Assembly (NCBI GenBank): GCA_963727625.1
Contig: CAVSHR010000004.1
Coordinates: 1,024,001-1,088,000 of the forward strand
Length of the DNA: 64,000 bases
Reading direction: 5' to 3'
Source of the DNA: an uncultured delta proteobacterium
Lineage (GTDB): Bacteria; Desulfobacterota; Binatia; UBA9968
The notes below the pieces were generated by a model. It was not told the origin of the DNA and did no database searches. It saw only the letters and a program-made list of their open reading frames with translations. The position numbers were made by a program, and so were the translations under genes. The number at the start of each line of letters is the position of its first letter. Positions within the stretch are counted from its first letter, which is position 1. Positions 30,417 to 39,133 of this stretch are shown here, one piece after another.

Positions 30417-31676
30417 ATGACTTTGAATCCGTTCGCTAACCTCTGGGAACAACTGGGCCTGAGCGGCGACCGAGGTTCCCGCATTTTCGTCAGCTATCGA
30501 CGCGACGATGCGCGCGGCGACGCCGGCCGTCTCACCGACAATCTAAAAGCCCGCTTCGGCGAGAAGCAGATTTTTCGCGACATCGAAGCAATCGAGCCAG
30601 GGGTCGATTTCGTCGAGGCCATCAACCGCGCGGTGGGGGCCTCCACCGTATTGTTGGCGGTCATGGGGCCGAACTGGCTTAAGATTGCCGACGAGCGGGG
30701 GAATCGCCGGCTCGATGATCCCAGTGACTTCATTCGCCTGGAAGTCGGCGCGGCGCTGAAGCGCAACATCAGAGTCGTTCCCGTGCTCGTCGGCGACGCC
30801 TCCATGCCCAGGGCCGAACAACTGCCGCCGGACCTGGAAAGTTTTGCCCGACGCCAAGCCCACGAGCTTAGCGATCTCCGCTGGGAATTCGATGTCGCTC
30901 AGCTGATGAATACGATCGAGAAGCTCGGCATCAAACCTCTGCCGCAACGCCGCGGCAAGGGCGGCGCGAGCTGGTGGAGCAAGTACAGGCTCGCCGGAGC
31001 CGCGGGCGTTGCACTATTGGTCATCGCCGTTTACATCGCATCCGAGTTCACGGGCGACACCCAGGACTTATTGAATGAGTCCATGGAAAGCGTCTCGCCC
31101 ATGCCCGGCACAGTTACCAGAATCCCGCCGGAACCGATAGTCGTGCCAACGCTTCCCGCGCGCTCGCCGGAGTCGTTCAGTCCGACGCGCCAGGCCGTCG
31201 AGCCGCGCACGCCGGTCCGAGAGACCCCGGTGCGGTCGCAGCCCACCCAGCCGGCCCGCCCCCCGTTGTCGGATCGCGGTCTTGACGCCATAGGCGCCTA
31301 CCCCACCGTGGTCCAGGTGTTCAAGCCCGGCTGACCACCGTGCCAAGAGCTCAAGCGCGTCGTCGACGCGCTCAGACCGGAATTCTCCGACCGCATCGCC
31401 TTTGCGACCGTGGATCTGGACACGATGGAGGGGCAAACCTTCGCGTCCCATTTCGGCGTCGGCCACACGACTCTCTTGTTCTTCGATCGAGATGGCGACC
31501 TGGTCAATCAACATTACGGCACCACGACGGCGGCGCACCTCAGGAGAGTAATCGACGGGACCTTTGCCAGCGGCCGAACCCGGCAGGATGTCGTCTCGCA
31601 TCCCGAGACGCTCGAAGCCATCCGTGAGAAGTACAATCGCCAAGCAAAGGAGATCATCGACTCCATGGGACGGTGA
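30417..31676 (+). CDS. TIR domain-transmembrane-thioredoxin-fold protein, probable selenoprotein (Sec at TGA 31332-31334)
   Basis: AAGGAGG RBS; TIR_2 (IFVSYRRDD...FIRLEVGAAL); TM LAGAAGVALLVIAVYIA; Pro-rich linker; then VVQVFKPG-TGA-PPCQELKRVV continuing in frame into 31410-31676. Confidence 0.8.
31354..31372 (+). promoter_or_regulatory. Putative bacterial SECIS hairpin
   Basis: AGCGCGTC-GTC-GACGCGCT perfect 8-bp stem; G-leading loop begins 27 nt after the in-frame TGA. Confidence 0.65.
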
Positions 31677-31801
31677 GGTTGATCCTTAGGAAGTCGTGAT
31701 CTCACAGAAGGTAACAATAATCACCGACTCCGTTGCCACACGGCAGCGATGGAAACAGTACGCGCCAAGAAAGAGATTGTGCCGGTCGGACCAAGCTATG
31801 T

Positions 31802-32485
31802 TCATGCAGGATAGATGCTTTCATTCCAGAGATGAGTGTTTTCCGAGCTTAGAGCCTCAATTTCACCGGTGAATTTGCCAGCGTAAGCTTCAGGCGGCTC
31901 GCGCAGCGCATAGCTACCATCGGCTTCTATCAGATCACGATGTGCGGCTTTGACACCGAGCTGACTCTTGACGTTCTCGACAAACGCCAAGCTGCCAACC
32001 GCAATCGCTTCCGACCAGCGATCGTCGCGGACGGCCAAGCCGTTCTCCAGCCCTTGTTCGGCCCACTGGCGGCGTGCTCTTTGAAAACCCCTCGAATCCG
32101 TAATCCCGCTCAACTCGCTCAAACTCTCTAAATCGATTATGCCGTAGCGCTTGTGATCCTTATCAAAGATGATCGCTTTGTAACGGCCATGGAACAGGTG
32201 ACCGATCTTTCGGTGCTTGCGGTTAAAATATTGGGTGTAAGATTGCTGCAGCCCTTGCATAAAACGGGATAACGGCTGTGAACCGCTCTCCAACAGCAAA
32301 TGAACATGATTGGGCATCAGGCAATATGCATAGACCGTTACACCCCATCGTTTCCGATACCGGCCCAGTCTTTCCAAATAGGCCTGGTAATCGTTCGGGT
32401 TTAAAAACGTCTTCTGCCTATGGTTCCCGCGCACGATCACGTGATACAAAACTCCGGGAGCCAAGAGCCTTGGACGCCGCGCCAT
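31802..32485 (-). pseudogene. Chimeric RAYT/Y1 HUH transposase (N-half fused to the C-terminus of another RAYT-like gene)
   Basis: YHVIVRGN, YCLMPNHVHLL, GHLFHGRYK; the catalytic YIHLNP segment is missing; upstream end motif GAAAGTCTGAACCCC at 32537-32551. Confidence 0.75.
32154..32231. repeat. 78-bp direct repeat, copy 1 (copy 2 at 38188-38265)
   Basis: 75/78 identical by eye; encodes YFNRKHRKIGHLFxGRYKAIxxDKD. Confidence 0.9.
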
Positions 32486-32653
32486 GCCCTCCCCAATAAC
32501 AGCCGTGCTATGAAATTGTCTAGATTGGCTAGATTTGAAAGTCTGAACCCCTTCCCCCTAATGGTCAGGCGACTTGTTTCCTAATACAATCATCTCCCTT
32601 TCGGCCAGCGCGCGAAACCGATCAATGATTAGACAAGCAAAAAATCAAAATTA

Positions 32654-33727
32654 TTATTTTGCCCGGTTCAGTTCAAAGATTTTGTTATACTGATCGATTA
32701 ATTGATTCAGGTTGTCGCCCATCGATGAAGGCCTCACGAAGACAAACTCCTTTTCGAAGAGCTCTTGAATCCTGCCTTTCTGTTTAATCCCCTTCCGAAT
32801 GCTAATGCGGGGAATCTGGGCGAGCGTCTTCTGCCCGTCTTCAGAAAGCATCCAATCGACAAATAAAATCGCGGCATGGGGATGCGAAGATTGCCGCATC
32901 AGCGCCAAAAAGTTGGGATCACCGGCATATGGCTCCAAGATGGCAAAATCGATCGGAGCTCCCTTGTCCTTAAATTCGGTTATTCGTCTTCCACGAGCGG
33001 CAATGGCCATCGCGGATTCTCCCGCTATCATGAGCTGAACCCTCATCCTGCTGCTCGAGCCGGGCATTTGAAGGTTTTGCTTGGCAAGGGCACGCATGTA
33101 ATTTAGGCCTTTGTTTTCACCCATTGTGTCTAGCATCACGTCGAACCATTCATAATCTTCGGTCCCGAGGCTCATCTTTCCCTTCCACTTTGGCTGGAGA
33201 AGTTCCTCGTAGGATTTAGGCACTGCCGCCGCTTCAACCTGGTTAGTGTTGTACGCCAACACCAACGGCGTCACTTCAAAGGCCGACCAGTAGCCCTCAG
33301 GATCATAGGCGCCATTCGGAAAGGCTCTGCGTTCTGGAGAACGATACGGAGTCGACAGTTTCCTTTGCTTGAGTTGCCACATCTGAACGGCGGCGGTTCC
33401 AACCACATCGGCGGCAAAGCGTCCTGCTCTAGCTTCGGTATCCAGCCGAGTGTAGACTCCGGAGGGCGAGGAGCGATAGAGATCCATCTTAACGAAGGGA
33501 TATCGCTTCTCGAACGCCGCTACGATCTTGGGATTATCGGACTGACTGACCGAAGTGTACCAAACTATCTGACCCTCTTTTCTTGCCCCCTCCTCTAGAA
33601 AGCTTTTACGCTGTGCGCCCGAAAGGCTCGAAAGCGTCTGCACTACTTCTTCGGGAGTTGCGGCTGTACCGGGATTTGTCAAAAGAAGCAATACCAATGC
33701 TACTATCCATACAATCTTCGAATTCAT
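32654..33727 (-). CDS. Extracellular solute-binding protein (iron-type ABC SBP)
   Basis: Signal peptide; GARKEGQIVWYTS, FEKRYP, LLQPKWKGK, HPHAAILFVDWMLS. Confidence 0.9.
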   Translation of the reverse strand: MNSKIVWIVALVLLLLTNPGTAATPEEVVQTLSSLSGAQRKSFLEEGARKEGQIVWYTSVSQSDNPKIVAAFEKRYPFVKMDLYRSSPSGVYTRLDTEARAGRFAADVVGTAAVQMWQLKQRKLSTPYRSPERRAFPNGAYDPEGYWSAFEVTPLVLAYNTNQVEAAAVPKSYEELLQPKWKGKMSLGTEDYEWFDVMLDTMGENKGLNYMRALAKQNLQMPGSSSRMRVQLMIAGESAMAIAARGRRITEFKDKGAPIDFAILEPYAGDPNFLALMRQSSHPHAAILFVDWMLSEDGQKTLAQIPRISIRKGIKQKGRIQELFEKEFVFVRPSSMGDNLNQLIDQYNKIFELNRAK

Positions 33728-33920
33728 TCAATCCTTCCTTTCTTCAGTTCTGCGAGAAAGGCCCGTCTGCTTGGCCACATCCGGTTGCCTCGCTCCGAGT
33801 TCTGTTGACAATGATTTGCAAACGAGCGATGAACTGCCCGCGCGTGATGATCATTCAGCAGTTTGATGTGGCCCGGCTAGGGATGCCATTAGGTCCCGCC
33901 CAAAATGCCTTTTGTACGGG

Positions 33921-34298
33921 TTAGAGATCCATCCTTCTCTTTTTTCCCCAGCCGGTCGTGGAAAGATCAAATAGATTACCGTCCGGATCCATTCCGCGAG
34001 TTTCGGCATAGGTCGCCACACGTGACTTCGGAGATCCCTCCGGATAAACTTCCTGGATTCGTCGGGCGGTCTTGTCCTGATCTTCAATGTGAAATCCGAA
34101 GTGATAGAGACCGGGTTGATGACCGGGCTCTTTGGGATCGGTGGCGTTGAGTATCGCCAGGTTAACTTCTCCATCCGAGAGATGGACTGAGCCGTTCTTG
34201 GTTCGGTACATCTCCTCCATATCGAAGACTCTTTTGTAAAAATCAGCGAGTTTGTCGGGTTGATGTGTCAGAATTGCCAAATGGCGAAGCTTAGCCAT
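33921..34298 (-). CDS. VOC family protein
   Basis: LRHLAI, FYKRVF, GLYHFGF, DPDGNLFDL. Confidence 0.85.
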   Translation of the reverse strand: MAKLRHLAILTHQPDKLADFYKRVFDMEEMYRTKNGSVHLSDGEVNLAILNATDPKEPGHQPGLYHFGFHIEDQDKTARRIQEVYPEGSPKSRVATYAETRGMDPDGNLFDLSTTGWGKKRRMDL

Positions 34299-34317
34299 AG
34301 ATTTTCTCCTTTGCAGA

Positions 34318-35229
34318 TCAAATTAGACAAAACGGAATCGACGGCTGTCCGGGCAAACCGAGCTGGAGAACGAAAACCGTGGCGCCACTCGGCGACGCGG
34401 TGCCCGAGTATGGTGCACCGGCAGGAAAGTACATGCACGAAACGGTGTCAAAGTTCTCACCGTTGTAGCTGACCTCGCCCTCAATAACCAGACGCACTTG
34501 CTGAAAATCAGCTTTGCCACCGGGCGTTTGGCTTCCCGGTTCCATCCGCACCAACTTGATATTGGGGCCGCTCTCATTGAAATAGCCAAGGTGGCGCACC
34601 TGCACGCCGGGCGAACCATACAGAGGTACCCACCGGTAATTCGCAGGCCGGATAATGATATAACTACGGTAGCGTGGCGCCGGGTAGCGAACTTTTTGCC
34701 CCATCATGTATTCTTGGACCGCTTCGAACCCATCCTGCTTCCGACCGTTCGCCCAAATGAACAGACCTTTCTCGAATTTCCCAATTCCTTTTTCTCTCAT
34801 TTCCTGCTGGGCCTTCATCACTTCGGGCCACACGGGTGTGGGATGAGCGGACGGTCCGGGAAAGTGAAGCGAAATGCGAACGTTCTCTTCCTGCCCCTCG
34901 GCCGTTTGCGTGGGTCCGTAGTAAACCCCTTCGGGCACGTAGACGCAGTCCCCCTCCTCCAACACATCGCGCCCATAGCGCTCCGCCCCGCGGAAATAGA
35001 AGCGCACTGCCTCGTCGGCGTGCCTGTGTCGGGGATTGTAGCGCTCCGGCGTATAAGTGGTGATTCCGGCTCTCATCCTGATGCCGCGCTCGGCATCGAA
35101 GAATCCAAAGATCTTGCTCCTTCTGCCTCCTCCTCGATGCGTGGCACATTGATCTTGTCCCTCGCGTTCGCGAACCACGATAGGCTCGGAGAGCGGACCT
35201 TGAAATGGATCGATAGCTGACACAGACAT
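34318..35229 (-). CDS. Hypothetical bicupin-like protein
   Basis: PRHRHADEAVRF, YVPEGVYYGP, second beta-barrel QVRLVIEGEV. Confidence 0.7.
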   Translation of the reverse strand: MSVSAIDPFQGPLSEPIVVREREGQDQCATHRGGGRRSKIFGFFDAERGIRMRAGITTYTPERYNPRHRHADEAVRFYFRGAERYGRDVLEEGDCVYVPEGVYYGPTQTAEGQEENVRISLHFPGPSAHPTPVWPEVMKAQQEMREKGIGKFEKGLFIWANGRKQDGFEAVQEYMMGQKVRYPAPRYRSYIIIRPANYRWVPLYGSPGVQVRHLGYFNESGPNIKLVRMEPGSQTPGGKADFQQVRLVIEGEVSYNGENFDTVSCMYFPAGAPYSGTASPSGATVFVLQLGLPGQPSIPFCLI

Positions 35230-35565
35230 CTTGCGTTTTCTTTTTCCCTCTCCGTTTATTGCACGTCTTCACCTATCGCGACTTTGAATTGACTGTACGT
35301 TGCCAAGCGATCATCGAAACTAGCCATGAAAACCTATTTTCTGCATCAGCAACTCGTAAGCGATTTCCATGACTCTCTCATATGATCATGAATCACGTGA
35401 GTCAATACGAAAAGCGATTTTTCTCCTAGCTTTCCGTCTTGTCAAGTTGAGTTAAAAAGAGCTGGATCCCCTCGATTCTCGGTGAAAACTCGACAGTTGG
35501 AAAGTGCGCAGCCCAATGAAAGGATAAGGCCAAAGGGAAACCAGGATAAAAGCCCGGGGCGCAGG

Positions 35566-37581
35566 GTAGAGTAGAGAACAGGCGCGACCTTCGGTAGGCG
35601 GATCCTTGGCTGTAGCCGTCGTTTCCAACTTCGTGCCCGTTTAGGATCGTCCCTGGAACGCAGTCCTGTTCCCCCTCATCAAACCGTACTTGCAGGTCTT
35701 CCGCATACGGCTTTCCGATCATCTTCATCTCAAGGCATACGAACTCGCCGATAACGAGCATAGCCTGGTATGGCACATAGTCCCAACTCCTTATAGAGCC
35801 GGGATGCCGGCCATTGCATCATGCCATTGCCCTTACGCTGCCGCCGCGTTTGCAGGTACTTGCGCATACGCTGCTCTAGGAAGAACTGCTGGCGGGCAAA
35901 CACTCGCGTGCTGTTGTGCAGGTGAAAGTAATTTACCCATCCCTGCACATACCGATTCACCCTCTCGACCACCTGCTGCTGGGGTAAACAGTGGGTCCAT
36001 CGTGCTGTTAAGCTGCGCACTTCATCGCGAAAGCGTTGTTCGCTTTTCCGCGAGGGCTCAACCACAACGATCATCTTGCCGCTCTTTGAACTTCTCGGGC
36101 GCCCAAAACTAAACCCGAGAAATTCAAAGCTCTGCTGGCGCGCATCCAAGACTTGCGTCTTGTCTTCGTTTAACTTGAGCGCCAGTTCCTCCAACATCTG
36201 CTTGACCTTTTCCCCGGTCCGCTCCACTCTGCCACGCATCAAGATGACAAAATCATCGGCATAGCGGACAAGTTCGGCCGCCAAGCCCGTGGACTGACAG
36301 TATGAACGGAACATCCGGTCAAATAAGTTCAGATAGACATTGGCCAGCAACGGTGAGATCACTCCGCCCTGCGGGGTTCCCCGCTTAGGCTTGCGAGTCT
36401 GCCGCTTGCCTTCCTGGTCTTCTTCCACCACCGCCGCACTCAACCACTGCTTGATCCAGTTTAAGATGTGCCGGTCGCTGATCCGTTCGGCTATCATCTT
36501 AATCAGCTTATCGTGTGCAATGGTGTCAAAATACTGCTGAAGGTCGGCGTCGAGCACGTAGGGGTGCGCGTTGTAGAGCGCTTGTCGTACGGCTCCGACT
36601 GCTTGGTGGGCATCTTTCTTGGGCCGAAACCCATAGCTACAATCCTCGAAGTCCGCTTCAAAGATCGGCTCGATGACCAGCTTTACCGCCATTTGCGCTA
36701 CTCGATCCCGGATCGTCGGTATCCCTAACGCCCTTTTCTTTCCATCGGCCTTGGGAATATAAACCCGCCGCACCGGTTGCGCTCGGTAGCTCTTCTCCCT
36801 GAGTTCCTGCTTCAGCTTTGCCAAAAACTTCGCTTCGCCTTCTCCAGTCTCAATAGACTGGAATGTCTCCCCGTCGATGCCGGGGGCTCCCCCGTTGGCT
36901 CGCACTAACCGATAGGCGTGTTGGAGAATGTCCTCGCGCCAGACCTTGTCCGCCAACAGATAAAAGCGAAACTTCGGCTCTGTCTTGGCCTTGAGATACA
37001 GTTTGCGCTGGAGGTCTCGAATCTTATCCGGTGTTCCTAGCCTCACGGCAATCACCTCCTCCTTCCCTCGTTAACAAACTCGATGAAAGCAGGGCGCCTT
37101 CCCTCCACCGGCGTTACCCGGTCTCTTAGGTACTATTCGCCCCTCCGACTTCTCGTCTGCCGGGCTCGGACTTCGTTTCCTTATACCGAGCCCTTTGCGG
37201 CCATCACCCGCGACATACGAGTTCTCCCGCGTTTCCCAGTAAAACTTCCCTCACATCCCGTCCCGACGACCCCGGAAAGCTCATCTGCGTCCTTTTTCGG
37301 CTAGTCCCACACATAACGGCGGCCTTCCCCATCTGACCACAGGGTCGGCGCTTTCACTTTCAAGTAACGAGGCTCTATGGGTTCCTGGTTAGTACGGCCT
37401 GTGAGTTTGCGATTCTCCGTACACTCTTTTCCTTCCTCCTCCTTTCTCTTCGATTCGGAGTTTTCTCGATCCGCTCAGTCTTGAGAGTCGCCTCGCAAAA
37501 CCGGATCTTCGCTAGCGGGGTGTGCCGATAATTCCCCGCACCGGACTTTAACCGGTTAGCTTCACTGCTTCCGCGGCGCAC
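35566..37581 (-). mobile_element. Complete group II intron (2,016 nt)
   Basis: 5' GTGCG at 37581; EBS1 stem GCCGACCC...GGGGAAGGC near 37322-37349; domain V AAAGCCGTATGCGG...GTACGGTTT at 35681-35714; domain VI ending CTCTACTCTAC at 35566. Confidence 0.9.
35730..37055 (-). CDS. ltrA: Group II intron reverse transcriptase/maturase without an endonuclease domain
   Basis: APGIDG, LGIPTIRDR, SYGFRP, GTPQGGVISPLLANVYL, RYADD, FLGF, GWVNYF. Confidence 0.95.
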   Translation of the reverse strand: MIAVRLGTPDKIRDLQRKLYLKAKTEPKFRFYLLADKVWREDILQHAYRLVRANGGAPGIDGETFQSIETGEGEAKFLAKLKQELREKSYRAQPVRRVYIPKADGKKRALGIPTIRDRVAQMAVKLVIEPIFEADFEDCSYGFRPKKDAHQAVGAVRQALYNAHPYVLDADLQQYFDTIAHDKLIKMIAERISDRHILNWIKQWLSAAVVEEDQEGKRQTRKPKRGTPQGGVISPLLANVYLNLFDRMFRSYCQSTGLAAELVRYADDFVILMRGRVERTGEKVKQMLEELALKLNEDKTQVLDARQQSFEFLGFSFGRPRSSKSGKMIVVVEPSRKSEQRFRDEVRSLTARWTHCLPQQQVVERVNRYVQGWVNYFHLHNSTRVFARQQFFLEQRMRKYLQTRRQRKGNGMMQWPASRLYKELGLCAIPGYARYRRVRMP

Positions 37582-37592
37582 GATCAGACTTT

Positions 37593-38265
37593 CTATTCTT
37601 GACAATCTGCAGCCAATCGTTTCGCCCGCTTCCGCAACGCTTCCTCCCCACCCATGCGATCGGCGATGCGCGAAACTAAGGAACTCACCGTTGCCGCATC
37701 TCGCCCCAAACACCTCGCCACTTCTTTAAGTTTATAACCCAGCCGCCGGATCAACACGTAGCCGACCAGCGCCCGCAATTGAGAAATCTTCCAGCCTCGG
37801 TCCGCTCCTCCAAGCACCTCCGGCTCGACCTCCGCCGCTCGCGCCGCAGGGCGAAACGCCACGCTCAACGGCTTCTTACGCCGGGGGATCTCCTCCTCGT
37901 TGCCTTTGCGCTTGAGCTTTTCGGCAAATCCCTCTGCTCCCAAAAACCGCTGCTCCCCTGCCTGGTAATAATCCTCCCGATGCCCGTCCTTTAAACCGTC
38001 CTGGACAAAGCGCTGATATCCGGCCCCTCCGCCAACCATCTCGAGCACTCGATCGGACGTCAACACCTCGCTTACACGACCCCCCATGTAATCGCGATGG
38101 CCGCTATAGGGATACTCCTTAATCTTCTGAACCATCTTCGCCCTGAGCGGGTTGAGATGAATGTAGCGAACCAGGCTTAATAGACATTGATCCTTATCAC
38201 AGACGATCGCTTTGTAACGGCCCTGGAACAGGTGACCGATCTTTCGGTGCTTGCGGTTAAAATAT
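37593..38265 (-). pseudogene. RAYT/Y1 transposase C-terminal half with HTH
   Basis: GHLFQGRYK, VRYIHLNP, YPYSGH, YKLKEVARCLGRDAATVS; stop codon runs into the end motif AAAGTCTGATC. Confidence 0.75.
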
Positions 38266-38483
38266 ACGGTGCCGATCTCTCCGGCTAACTCAGCAGTGCA
38301 GATCGTTCCGAATCCTGGAATGGACAATAAAATCTTGGCCATCTTGGAATCCTTGGCGATTTCTTTAATCTTAGCCCTCAACGCTTTGATCTTCTCGTCG
38401 AGTTCAAGACACCGTTGCGCGTCTTCCTGGATCATTTCGCTGACCCAATCAACCCCTTCGCTGAAATGGGCTCGCTTCTGCAC
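38266..38483 (-). pseudogene. IS110-family transposase internal fragment, fused in frame to the RAYT half
   Basis: ELDEKIKAL...KILLSIPGFGTICTAELAGEIG. Confidence 0.6.
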
Positions 38484-38761
38484 TTTACGCCGGACTCGAT
38501 TTACTCAAGGCCGGCGGCCACACCCCCGGTTCGCAAATGATCGCGCTCCAAACCGCCGCAGAAAAAGCCGTCCTCTGCGGCGAAATCGCCTACACCTTGA
38601 AAAATATCCGCGATCATTACCCGGTGGGCTGGTACTACGATTTAGGCGATACCGTTGCCGCCCTCGACCGGGCGCTGGCCACGGCGGCGCGGCCCGACTT
38701 GGCTTTTCCCAATCACGATGTGGAGATCATGCAAGGCAAGAGGGTGGCGCGAGTTGTTTAA
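38483..38761 (+). pseudogene. C-terminal fragment of an MBL-fold (AHL-lactonase-like) hydrolase
   Basis: GLDLLKAGGHTPGSQ...AVLCGE...FPNHD; N-terminus absent. Confidence 0.6.
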
Positions 38762-39133
38762 AAATTTCCGGAGCTACAACGGTTACACGGTTACGTTGGT
38801 GGGACTCACTATAACCGAGGTGTTCTGAACGAGCGTAGATCGTGACCGCGATGCTTGATCAGTCAATTCCCCGGCCTATGTGCGTCATTTCTCGCTGCAC
38901 GCCACACGCCACTCTGCTTAATCTTCAGCAGCGGCGTCACGGAATCGCGACTGCTGTTTTTTATCTGTGACCGGAAAGTCGCGGCGTTACGAACTGATCC
39001 TGCCCCGTCGGTTTTGCAGCTCACGGCTCCGCGTCGCATCCAGACGAAACCCGGAACCTGGAAGATTGACATGGACACCGGCGGCGCATCGGCGTTGACA
39101 AACCTCCCTGCCGCCGTTATGCAGAGGATTCCC

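Noticed and set aside
30246-31334. Treating the TIR ORF and 31410-31676 as two genes or as a nonsense pseudogene
   Set aside because: The TGA falls exactly in a CxxC position and is followed by a SECIS-like hairpin, so readthrough explains it better, although this is unproven.
35730-37055. RT as a retron or diversity-generating retroelement
   Set aside because: Group II intron boundaries, domains V/VI and a maturase domain are present; no template/variable repeat pair with A-specific mismatches was seen.
38855-39133. 93-aa N-terminal extension of the flavoprotein
   Set aside because: The FAD-binding motif begins right after MLKQ at 39134, which has a GAGGA RBS.
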